NCBI GenBank assembly: GCA_040222015.1
Contig: JAVJWO010000030.1
Location: forward strand, 1 to 64,000
Source: Coleofasciculus chthonoplastes F2-STO-03
GTDB taxonomy: Bacteria; Cyanobacteriota; Cyanobacteriia; Cyanobacteriales; Coleofasciculaceae
Direction of reading: 5' to 3'
Length of the DNA stretch: 64,000 nucleotides
This document shows, in pieces, positions 56,059-64,000 of this stretch (the stretch's first letter is position 1; each line of letters opens with the position of its first letter). The position numbers were made by a program, and so were the translations under genes. Below the pieces are notes generated by a model, which worked only from the letters and a program-made list of their open reading frames with translations, did no database searches and was not told the origin of the DNA.

Positions 56059-56335
56059 TAAGCTGTTCGGCATTTAAACCTTAATGTTAATAATCGCGAA
56101 ATCCCTGTAGTGCGAGCATCTTGCTCGCTAAGCTGTTCGGCATTTATAGCACTTCGCGCTGATCTATTTACACTTTGGATTCAGAAACATCTTACCTGGA
56201 CTAAGTTTCAGCTACGAGAGTTGTAAATACACGCCTAGCGACTTGCTATAAACCTTAATGTCAATAATGGCGAAATCCTTGTAGTGTGAGCATCTTGCTC
56301 ACTACCCATTCCCAATTTAAATGCATGACAGCTTA
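56059..56335. mobile_element. MITE cluster: partial copy plus full TAAGCTG-family MITE carrying a nested TA-flanked MITE (56147-56248)
   Basis: Removing 56147-56250 restores CATTTAAACCTTAATG as seen in the neighbouring copy. Confidence 0.8.
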
Positions 56336-56427
56336 CCCATTCTGCCTTCGTACTTCTGCCTTCTTGTACTAGGCTAAACGCCGAGCTCGGTTTCATCACT
56401 TCGACAAAGCTCAGTGACCTCCCTCGG

Positions 56428-57873
56428 TTAAAACGCGAGGGAGCCTGCACCATTGCTATTCTGTAAGCGTCTCACCAACTCATCAAACGGTTGCCAATTA
56501 TCGTCGCGATCGATAGCTGCCCAAACCTCTTCAATAATCGGTCGTAGCAATGCAGTTTTCGGATTCTTCTCCTGTAACCGCTCAGCCATTTTAGCCAACT
56601 CATCCGTTGACAAATCCTGCAAAATATGATGATATAATTCGCGCCAAGTAGCTAACAACACTTGCTGTTCAGCCGACTGGCAAAATGAGACCTGCTCAAA
56701 AATTTGTGAAACATCATCGCGCCAACTCGGGTGAAACTGCTGGGTTAATTCAGCGAAGAAGGCATGATATCCTACCTGAGTTTCCTTTAACAACTCAATC
56801 GTCCTTTTTAATAACTCATTCCCTTGTGATTCATTCACTTGCTCAAATCCCAGCTTATTTAGCATTAACTGCCGATAAGCCTGATAATAGTGTTCCTCAT
56901 AAGCCGCTAACCCAGCTTCCATATCAGCAACCGGAATCACCATGCCTAACGGTTGCTGCAACATTTCCAAATTCAACCGACAAATGCTCGGTTGATTGCC
57001 ATAACAATAGCGTCCGTAATAGTCGAAATACGCCGCTGTAAACACAGGATTATAGGTGGGGATAAACGCATAAGGACCATAATCAAAACTTTCCCCCGTA
57101 ATTGACATATTATCCGTATTTAAAACAGCATGACAAAAGCCTGCTGCCATCCATTGAGCCGCTAACTCTGCCACTCGTTTCACTAACTCGGCGTAAAATT
57201 GGCGATATTGCTCAACTCTATCCTGATGTTGCAACAGATGCGGATAGTAATAATCAATGACATGATCCAGCAGCGTTTTGATTAAATCCCGACGCTTAAA
57301 ATAGCGCAACCGCTCAAACGTGCCAAACCGGATATGAGAACGACTCATCCGTACCATCACCGATGAACGAGTCGGTGACGGTTCATCCCCTCGCCACAAA
57401 CCTTCCCCCGTTTCAATCAAACTTAAACAGCGAGAAGTACGCACACCTAAACCATGCAACGCTTCCGCCGCTAGAACTTCCCGTACTCCACCTTTGAGAG
57501 TCAATCGACCATCCGCACCCCTAGAATAGGGAGTTGTCCCGGAACCTTTCGTGCCAAAATCATACAGTTCGCCATCACTTCCCCGCACCTGACCAAAGAG
57601 AAACCCGCGACCATCTCCCAATCTGGAATTATATTCGCCAAACTGATAACCGTGATAGCGCAAGGCTAAAAAGGGTCGTATGCCAACAAACTTACCAAAA
57701 GCCTGGATAAAATCGGCATCTGTCACCCTTTGCGGGTCTAACCCTAAAATTGGCAGCAGTTGGTCATTACGGAACCGCAGGTGATGACAGGGAAATTCGG
57801 CGGCGGCGACTTCATCAAAATAGTCATAGCCTAGGGATTCTAACGCTCTTTCGTATTCCAGGGAGAGAAACAT
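56428..57873 (-). CDS. selO: Protein adenylyltransferase SelO (YdiU)
   Basis: YHGYQFG, LGDGRG, KGSG.TPYSR.ADGR and [14 protein letters not shown] motifs. Confidence 0.93.
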   Translation of the reverse strand: MFLSLEYERALESLGYDYFDEVAAAEFPCHHLRFRNDQLLPILGLDPQRVTDADFIQAFGKFVGIRPFLALRYHGYQFGEYNSRLGDGRGFLFGQVRGSDGELYDFGTKGSGTTPYSRGADGRLTLKGGVREVLAAEALHGLGVRTSRCLSLIETGEGLWRGDEPSPTRSSVMVRMSRSHIRFGTFERLRYFKRRDLIKTLLDHVIDYYYPHLLQHQDRVEQYRQFYAELVKRVAELAAQWMAAGFCHAVLNTDNMSITGESFDYGPYAFIPTYNPVFTAAYFDYYGRYCYGNQPSICRLNLEMLQQPLGMVIPVADMEAGLAAYEEHYYQAYRQLMLNKLGFEQVNESQGNELLKRTIELLKETQVGYHAFFAELTQQFHPSWRDDVSQIFEQVSFCQSAEQQVLLATWRELYHHILQDLSTDELAKMAERLQEKNPKTALLRPIIEEVWAAIDRDDNWQPFDELVRRLQNSNGAGSLAF

Positions 57874-58035
57874 ATTGATGTTGGTTATGGATCATTGCTA
57901 AATGCAGGAGAGTCTATTCATAATAGTCCCCTGAAGCGAGGCTATGTGGATAATACAGCCCATTGGCGGTATTCTAGTTACCGTGGATGTGATTAACGCT
58001 CTTTAAAACTGTTGAACTAAATCCTAGAATAAACC

Positions 58036-58296
58036 ATGCCCGATTCAATCATGTACCAAGAGGATGCTTATGTTGTTCTGGAAACGAATCAACCTGAGCA
58101 ATTTCTCACACCTGAAGAGTTACTGGAAAAACTCAAAGCTATTTTAGCAACACGGCAGGATACTTTACCCCGTGATTTACAGCAGTTTTCCTCCGTGGAG
58201 GAGCAAGGCAAGTATTTAATGGAAACCTCCTGTGAATTGGATATGGAACCAGGAGAGTATTTGCAATGGTATGTCGTGCGGTTGGAAAAGCCCTAG
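58036..58296 (+). CDS. Chlororespiratory reduction 7 (CRR7)-like NDH-1 assembly protein
   Basis: YVVLE...PEQFLT.EEL...CEL...PG.YLQWY.VRLE; near the ndh genes. Confidence 0.85.
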   Translation: MPDSIMYQEDAYVVLETNQPEQFLTPEELLEKLKAILATRQDTLPRDLQQFSSVEEQGKYLMETSCELDMEPGEYLQWYVVRLEKP

Positions 58297-58526
58297 TGAC
58301 CAAAGAACTCCCGACCTTAAACGTCTGGAGTTCCTTTAAAATTAACTTTTTTAACTGAATCTCTAAAACACTATCAGTAATAGACAGGTTTGCTTTTTTA
58401 TGCCAATAAATTCAGAAATTATTTGATTTCGCAAAAGCCTTTTTCTACATCACTGACCCGGTTGTCTCGACGGATATTGTTACGGTTGAATGATGGGTTA
58501 GGCTATATCACGGGTCGATTATTACT

Positions 58527-58776
58527 CTGACTTTTCACGCCATTTAGGAAAATCGATATCAAACCTAACCCCCCTACCCCCCTCGTTCCCCCCTACAAGA
58601 GGGGGGAGGACAGAGGATGCTTCGCTTTTGTTGCACGGGGGAGGATAGAGGATGCGAGAGCTTTTGTGGCAGGGGGGAGGATAGAGGATGCGAGAGCTCT
58701 TGTTGCACGGAAGGGGGAGAATTCAAAGCCTCTCTCCTTGTAGGAGAGAGGTTTTCCAGATCCCGTGAAAAGTAAG
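58527..58776. mobile_element. 250-bp MITE with 13-bp TIRs and 10-bp target duplication
   Basis: CTGACTTTTCACG / CGTGAAAAGTAAG flanked by GATTATTACT at 58517-58526 and 58777-58786. Confidence 0.9.
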
Positions 58777-59012
58777 GATTATTACTCTGGTCTGAAAAGA
58801 AGGACTTAATTGAGAAAAAATCGATTCTGGCTTATCGCTCTTGTGTCAATTTCGGAAGGGCGAAGCCTGAAACCCTTACATTAATAGAGTTTGGTGAATT
58901 GCCCCTATGTCATTAGTTTCTATCAATTTCTCAACGCCCAAATGCTTGGCAGCCAGGGCTTTCAGCAATCCGGTTTGATAATTCTTTTCCCAGAGTGACA
59001 ATAGAGCGCTAG

Positions 59013-59558
59013 TTAAGGTGCAGCAATCAATGCCACATCAACCTGGTCTTCTTCAGGTTGGCTCAATTCAACTCGGATATTCGGACCAAAGAATTTTTCT
59101 ATTTTTTCCCGCTTTTGTTCCCATGTTTCAAAGGGAATCAGCGGCGAGTAAAATTCCAGTACTAACGTGTAAGCGCCATCCACTACAGTTTCTCGTAAAC
59201 TATTGAGGTCTGGTCGTTCCTCATCGCTAGGAGAGAGACCCAAACTTTCCAGAGAGCTATCTAAGTGAGCGTCTTGACCGTAACGATAACGCATCACATC
59301 TTGGCGAATTTGGTTTTGAATCGGAGTAGCTGTCTGCTGTCGCTGTTGCAACACGTCCGGTGGTGTGGGTTGACTTAAAGGTACAGGCTTAAGTTCGGCG
59401 GCTTTCAGGGCAAAACCGCCCAGTAAGATGGGGACGCCGTAGAAAAATCCCACTAAATTTAAGGTCGCGTTCTCGGTGGCATAAGCCACAAAGCCGATAA
59501 TGGTAAGTACTCCCCCAACCCACAATCCTACCGTTCCCAAGGAAATTTTGCGTAACAT
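59013..59558 (-). CDS. DUF2854 family protein
   Basis: N-terminal TM pair; ALKAAELKP, RYRYGQDAHL and FFGP motifs. Confidence 0.85.
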   Translation of the reverse strand: MLRKISLGTVGLWVGGVLTIIGFVAYATENATLNLVGFFYGVPILLGGFALKAAELKPVPLSQPTPPDVLQQRQQTATPIQNQIRQDVMRYRYGQDAHLDSSLESLGLSPSDEERPDLNSLRETVVDGAYTLVLEFYSPLIPFETWEQKREKIEKFFGPNIRVELSQPEEDQVDVALIAAP

Positions 59559-59860
59559 CTTAATTTAACTATCTACACAACAATCACTTTAGCTTTATTA
59601 TCGGTGTCAATGGGTGGCATGGGAAATGATAGGGTGCAGAACATCCATGTTTTAGATCTTGGATCTTGCCTGAGTTGCTCTAGGGGAGCAAAGGCAAAAG
59701 CGTCAACGTCGTATTGTCTTAGTTATACTAGGCAAATTCGCTCTCTCGTAGCGTGATCGCTGTGTCGGCAGAAGTCCAGCCTTCTCTGTAGCATGGTATG
59801 TAAACAGTTTTTATCAGCTCAGTTTTGTTTAGTCTGCTGTTGTCTCTATAGCGTTTTCAA

Positions 59861-60121
59861 ATGATTCAAGAAAAAAAGCAACAAGCATCCTCAAAAAAAC
59901 ACCCTTTTCACGATCAGCTTGATTCGTTAAAGCGTGAGGATGAAACCCTAAATAATATTCTGGCTGTTGATGTTTGGGCGTTGGCAAAAACCATGGATGA
60001 ATTTTATCCCGGCTTTTGGTCAGCGTTTATGAAAAATCGAGAAAAGGCATTAAAGCGATTTATTGCCGAAGTGATTAAAAATAAACCGACTAAATCCAAA
60101 CGTCCTCCTTTCCTCAGCTAG
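59861..60121 (+). CDS. Small cyanobacterial hypothetical protein
   Basis: 86-aa ORF with DVWALAKTMD..PGFWS.FM.NR segment. Confidence 0.65.
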   Translation: MIQEKKQQASSKKHPFHDQLDSLKREDETLNNILAVDVWALAKTMDEFYPGFWSAFMKNREKALKRFIAEVIKNKPTKSKRPPFLS

Positions 60122-60561
60122 GATACCAGTTCACTAATTAAATCATCAACTGAAATCCTGGAAACTTATTCCTTGCTTAAGGGAAGGATAAAACAACAGC
60201 ATGCTAATATTTAGCTTGATCGGCGATTCATCTCACCGTCTAATCTCTGATTGACCGTGAGGCTTCCGGTGAGCGTCAGCCGAACCGATGAATCGCCAGT
60301 GAACTATAGCTATTGACAACTCACCCAATGTAAAGCAGACTCAATAAATAAGGTTAATATCATTTCCGGTCAAATACCCCTGAATAAAAATGCCTGCAAT
60401 CCTTGTTTTTACAGCTTTGCAATTATGGGCAATCATCAGGACATGATATAATTCTAATTTACTCTAGCTGTAAAAGCTGGTAAATATAGTGAACTAAACC
60501 TTAAGTTATATCATTGTTGGTTTGCCAATTAGAAAAATAGCGAAACTAAAGGATAGGAATT

Positions 60562-60747
60562 ATGGACTCACAAGCGATGCGAGAGCGCATAACTGTCATT
60601 GAGAGTAAGCGAGAGTTTCTCGTCAAACTGTTGGAGGAACCCAATTTAGGTACTCTGAGAATCGATGTTAATCAAGCCCTCGAAGAACTAGACGATTTAA
60701 TTGAAGAATTTAAGCGAACATTTCCTGAATCAAGCGGTAATCTTTAA
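60562..60747 (+). CDS. Small cyanobacterial hypothetical protein
   Basis: LGTLRIDVNQALEELDDL; AGGA RBS. Confidence 0.7.
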   Translation: MDSQAMRERITVIESKREFLVKLLEEPNLGTLRIDVNQALEELDDLIEEFKRTFPESSGNL

Positions 60748-60868
60748 CCAATTATTTGGATCGAAAAGCTACCTGTAAAAATTATTGTCTGACTTTCCTT
60801 ACTCTTGTTTAAAAGTAGGCGAGCAAGATGCTCGCACTACTTTTTAAGATGGGAAGGAGTTGCTCGAA

Positions 60869-61405
60869 TTAATAAGCATCCTGCAATTCATAGAAGTCGG
60901 GCGAGATATAATCCTTCCGCAGGGGCCAGCCCACCCAATCTTCCGGCATCAAAATCCGCTTCAAGTTGGGGTGTCCTTCATAGACAATGCCAAACATATC
61001 GTAGGTTTCCCGCTCTTGCCAGTCAGCACTCTTCCAAATCCAATAGACGGATGGCACGCTGGGATTGTCGCGGGGTAGAAATACCTTCACCCTAACTTCC
61101 TCAGGTTGATCAACATCATCACTGATCTTAATTAAATGGTAGAAGCTGACCAACTCTTCACCAGGACCAACATCATAACCGCCTTGACATTGCAGGTAGT
61201 TAAACCCATAAGCATAGAGAGCCGTGGCAACGGGAATCAAGACCTCTGGTTGTACCTTAATCACCTCAATTCCCAGGTGATCCGGTTCCATTAACTCGGT
61301 TTCAAAGCCATTTTCCTTCAGCCAGCCATGGACTTCTCCTGTCTCAGCGAGTGAGGATTCTTCAGCGTTCTCTGGTGTCTGTTCTTTGGACTCTTCTTCA
61401 GCCAC
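60869..61405 (-). CDS. ndhJ: NDH-1 subunit J
   Basis: [34 protein letters not shown]. Confidence 0.96.
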   Translation of the reverse strand: MAEEESKEQTPENAEESSLAETGEVHGWLKENGFETELMEPDHLGIEVIKVQPEVLIPVATALYAYGFNYLQCQGGYDVGPGEELVSFYHLIKISDDVDQPEEVRVKVFLPRDNPSVPSVYWIWKSADWQERETYDMFGIVYEGHPNLKRILMPEDWVGWPLRKDYISPDFYELQDAY

Positions 61406-62141
61406 GATTCACCTCCTGCTGTTGAGACGACTTCAGTGCGGGGGGAACAGGCATTCCCATCGCTTCGGTTAACTCCTTCGGTGGAGTTTGGCGATTTTCA
61501 GACCGCAAGTATTGACCTGTGAGAATATCGGGTACAACCTTCATGCTATGCGTGGTGCTGTAATAGCGGTGGGTTGGACTCAGAGTTGCCCGTTCCTGGA
61601 TAGACTCATTTGCTACCTTCTTACGAAGTTTAATGATCGCATCCATAATCGCTTCCGGACGGGGTGGACAACCAGGAATATAAACATCCACGGGAATCAA
61701 CTTATCCACACCCCGCACGGCGGTTGGTGAATCGACGCTGAACATTCCCCCGGTAATCGTACAAGCCCCCATCGCCATCACATATTTAGGTTCTGGCATT
61801 TGCTCATACAGACGCACCAGTGCTGGTGTCATTTTCATCGTGATCGTGCCAGCAGTAATAATCAAATCCGCTTGTCGGGGACTACAACGGGGCACCAATC
61901 CAAATCGGTCAAAGTCAAACCGAGAGCCAATCATCGCCGCAAATTCAATAAAACAGCAGGCGGTGCCATACATCATCGGCCACAGGCTGGAAAGCCTAGC
62001 CCAGTTGTAGAGATCGTCTACTGTCGTCAAAATCACGTTTTCTGAGAGATCCTGCGTCACCTGAGGACGACTAATGGGATTAAGAATTTTCTCTTTGGGT
62101 TGCGGCTTTTGGGGTGCCGCGTTTGCTGTATCTGTATTCAT
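61398..62141 (-). CDS. ndhK: NDH-1 subunit K
   Basis: [17 protein letters not shown] and GCPPRPEA motifs; start taken at ATG 62141 (MNTDT). Confidence 0.95.
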   Translation of the reverse strand: MNTDTANAAPQKPQPKEKILNPISRPQVTQDLSENVILTTVDDLYNWARLSSLWPMMYGTACCFIEFAAMIGSRFDFDRFGLVPRCSPRQADLIITAGTITMKMTPALVRLYEQMPEPKYVMAMGACTITGGMFSVDSPTAVRGVDKLIPVDVYIPGCPPRPEAIMDAIIKLRKKVANESIQERATLSPTHRYYSTTHSMKVVPDILTGQYLRSENRQTPPKELTEAMGMPVPPALKSSQQQEVNRG

Positions 62142-62590
62142 CCAAATATTCGCGACTGGATACCTCATCCATAGATAGTATGGGCAGTTAGAAAGCCGCG
62201 CCTCCTAGGTAAAGTACAAAAAGCTCTAAACCCCTACCGCCTTGGATTTACTCGCCGACGTTCGACATATTGCGCTTGCCTGTCGCCTGGGTAGTTACTT
62301 TCCTCGTGCTTTTAACCTGTACGGATATGGGTTATTTGATTGGGCTTGCGCCCCTCCCTTTCGGGGTAACGTTAGCTTCGCCAAAGTTATGTCTCGGTAC
62401 TTTCTCCAACACACTGGCTTTTCCCTATAACCTGTTTAATGCTGGAGTTGTAGAGCTACAGACTAGCTACGCATCCGTAGGTACGAACTTTAACACTTAG
62501 ACATAACGTAGTTCAAGGCAGAACTTAGGCTGGTAAACATAGGCTTTTGGAAAGCCTCTTCCATGCCTAAGCATGGACGGGGTAGTTTAC
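62142..62590 (-). mobile_element. Non-autonomous IscB-type (OMEGA, IS200/IS605 superfamily) element without ORF
   Basis: Begins GTAAACTACCCC, has hairpins near both ends and ends directly before ATGA; removal restores the ndhC/ndhK overlap GAATGGTCATGA. Confidence 0.85.
62350..62590 (-). ncRNA. HEARO / omega-RNA scaffold
   Basis: Minus strand shows ordered HEARO hallmarks: GTAAACTACCCC, GTTTACCAGCCTAAG, CTACGTTAT, GGATGC..CTAGTC..GCTCT, TTAAACAG, CAGTG, ATAACTTTGGCGAAG. Confidence 0.85.
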
Positions 62591-62949
62591 GACCATTCTA
62601 AAGCTCCTTTGCGCCAAGCGTAAACGAGGGCAACGACGAGAATTGCAATAAAGATGAGTGCTTCGATAAACGCTAGTAGTCCTAGCTGATTGAATGCCAC
62701 TGCCCAAGGATAGAGAAAAACGGTCTCCACATCAAAAATCACGAAGACCAGGGCAAACATATAGTACCGGATATTGAACTGAATCCAAGCGCCCCCAATC
62801 GGTTCCATGCCAGATTCGTAGGTCGTCCGGCGTTCGGGGGAGCGGATGCTGGGTCGCAGCAGCTTCGAGGCTGCCAGCGCTAGAACTGGGACTAAACTGC
62901 TTGCCAGTAAGAACCCTAGGAAATATTCGTAGCCGCTAAGAACAAACAC
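62587..62949 (-). CDS. ndhC: NDH-1 subunit C
   Basis: [19 protein letters not shown] and WRKGALEWS motifs. Confidence 0.97.
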   Translation of the reverse strand: MFVLSGYEYFLGFLLASSLVPVLALAASKLLRPSIRSPERRTTYESGMEPIGGAWIQFNIRYYMFALVFVIFDVETVFLYPWAVAFNQLGLLAFIEALIFIAILVVALVYAWRKGALEWS

Positions 62950-63308
62950 AATAGGTAAGTATCCCTAAACCTTGTCGTTATTACTTCTTTACATTCTTTT
63001 ACCCATTATAAGGGTGGTTGGTTTTCTGCAAATCGAAGCGGGTCAAGTTTTTCCGAGACGATGAGATTTCCGCGATCGCGCCTCTTTAAAAGACACACCT
63101 AGCGACTTGCGATAATCCGGAAAAATGGGCGGGAATATTTTTCCCGAAATTTCGCGAAAATGCCTGTAAATCAGGCTTCTATGATTAACCCCCTGTAGGG
63201 GCGACCCGCTTGCATCAATTAACGACTGTATCCACTCAATTAGGTCGGGTCGCCCTATACTCAATTAGGTCGGGTCGCCCTATACTCAATTGGCAGATAC
63301 GATAATTA

Positions 63309-63340
63309 GATCCCCGCCTTCTTGGAGAAGGCGGGGATCT
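63309..63340. terminator. Strong hairpin downstream of the reductase gene
   Basis: GATCCCCGCCTTCT-TGG-AGAAGGCGGGGATC. Confidence 0.55.
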
Positions 63341-63360
63341 GGTCATCATCCAGCAATTGT

Positions 63361-63999
63361 TCACACCAACTGGTTATAGTCCAGATAAGCCCGAATCACC
63401 TGACTATTAACTGACGGACAGACAATATGCGTTCCAGCTAAACCCGCTAACGTATTCTGAGAGTCAAACGCCTGAGAGACTAAAGCCGCCGTTTCCAGAT
63501 AGGGGCGTTGGTTTTCACCCACCCATTGAGTAAACAGGAACACCAACGGACTCAACGCATTGTCAGGCTGGGAACTGGCCACCTGAACCAGCTTGTCTTG
63601 CCACGTAGAATAATCCATCCATTCAATCGGATGACCGATCGCCCGGATTTCGTCCACCAATTGCCGTAAGGACACCATCTCCGGACTGACCAAGTGAAAG
63701 GCTTGACCGCATAAATCCGGTTGCTGGGACAGATGGATCATCGCTTGGGACACATAATCTACAGGAGTCAAGCTCAGATTTAAGTCCAACTCCGGCGCAC
63801 TCCCCAATTGAATCAACCCTTTAATTAATCGGTCAATCAGATCCCCCTGTTGAGACGCCCCAGTTTGGCTATGTCCCGTAATCATACCCGGTCGGTAAAT
63901 CGACGCCGGAATCCCCCGTGCGTGTGCCTGTTTTACTAACTTCTCACCCACCCATTTACTTTGTGCATAACCATCAGATAAGTCATCCCCTGACTCCAA
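63361..63999 (-). CDS. C-terminal thioester-reductase (R) domain of an NRPS/PKS-type protein, partial at window edge
   Basis: GYAQSKWVGE, IYRPGMITG and TPVDYVS motifs. Confidence 0.85.
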   Translation of the reverse strand: MESGDDLSDGYAQSKWVGEKLVKQAHARGIPASIYRPGMITGHSQTGASQQGDLIDRLIKGLIQLGSAPELDLNLSLTPVDYVSQAMIHLSQQPDLCGQAFHLVSPEMVSLRQLVDEIRAIGHPIEWMDYSTWQDKLVQVASSQPDNALSPLVFLFTQWVGENQRPYLETAALVSQAFDSQNTLAGLAGTHIVCPSVNSQVIRAYLDYNQLV

Positions 64000-64000
64000 A

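Noticed and set aside
62142..62168. ndhK N-terminal extension MRYPVANIW from the ORF track
   Set aside because: Encoded by the inserted element; the native start is ATG 62141
62242..62500. Short plus-strand ORFs in the ndhC-ndhK spacer
   Set aside because: Antisense to the HEARO-like RNA, with no IscB or other recognisable motifs

Overview
Cyanobacterial chromosomal DNA, judged from frequent HIP1 GCGATCGC octamers, heptamer STRR repeats, ndhCKJ, CRR7 and a CIRCE-controlled groEL. The repeat load suggests a filamentous Oscillatoriales-type genome (inference). Core genes: hypC-hypD-tautomerase-hypE, ispG, a polyamine ABC permease, the PSII S4-domain protein, groEL, ligA, queD, alaS, selO, ndhC-K-J and the 3' end of an NRPS/PKS reductase domain. 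An accessory block at about 10.3-29.9 kb holds a copper/heavy-metal island: multicopper oxidase, DUF411, a CopRS/RppAB-type two-component system, a 5'-truncated Cu-ATPase, a double cupredoxin, a CopM-like protein and an NrsB/NrsA-like RND efflux pair, with clear TTTCAT-N5-TTTCAT boxes. It continues with a UPF0175/DUF3368 TA pair, an uncharacterised two-gene module and a TnpB-only IS200/IS605 element that truncates a second response regulator. Most notable: (1) an ORF-less HEARO/omega-RNA (IscB-type OMEGA) element sits exactly in the ndhC/ndhK overlap, next to ATGA. It rebuilds the ndhC stop codon and would take its guide from the ndhC 3' end. (2) The two-gene module (Gly/Ala hairpin coiled-coil protein plus a putative nuclease-membrane protein) is a candidate defence or toxin system. 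GTAG-REP-like palindromes and several MITE families, one nested, are abundant. All family assignments come from motif recognition, not database searches.
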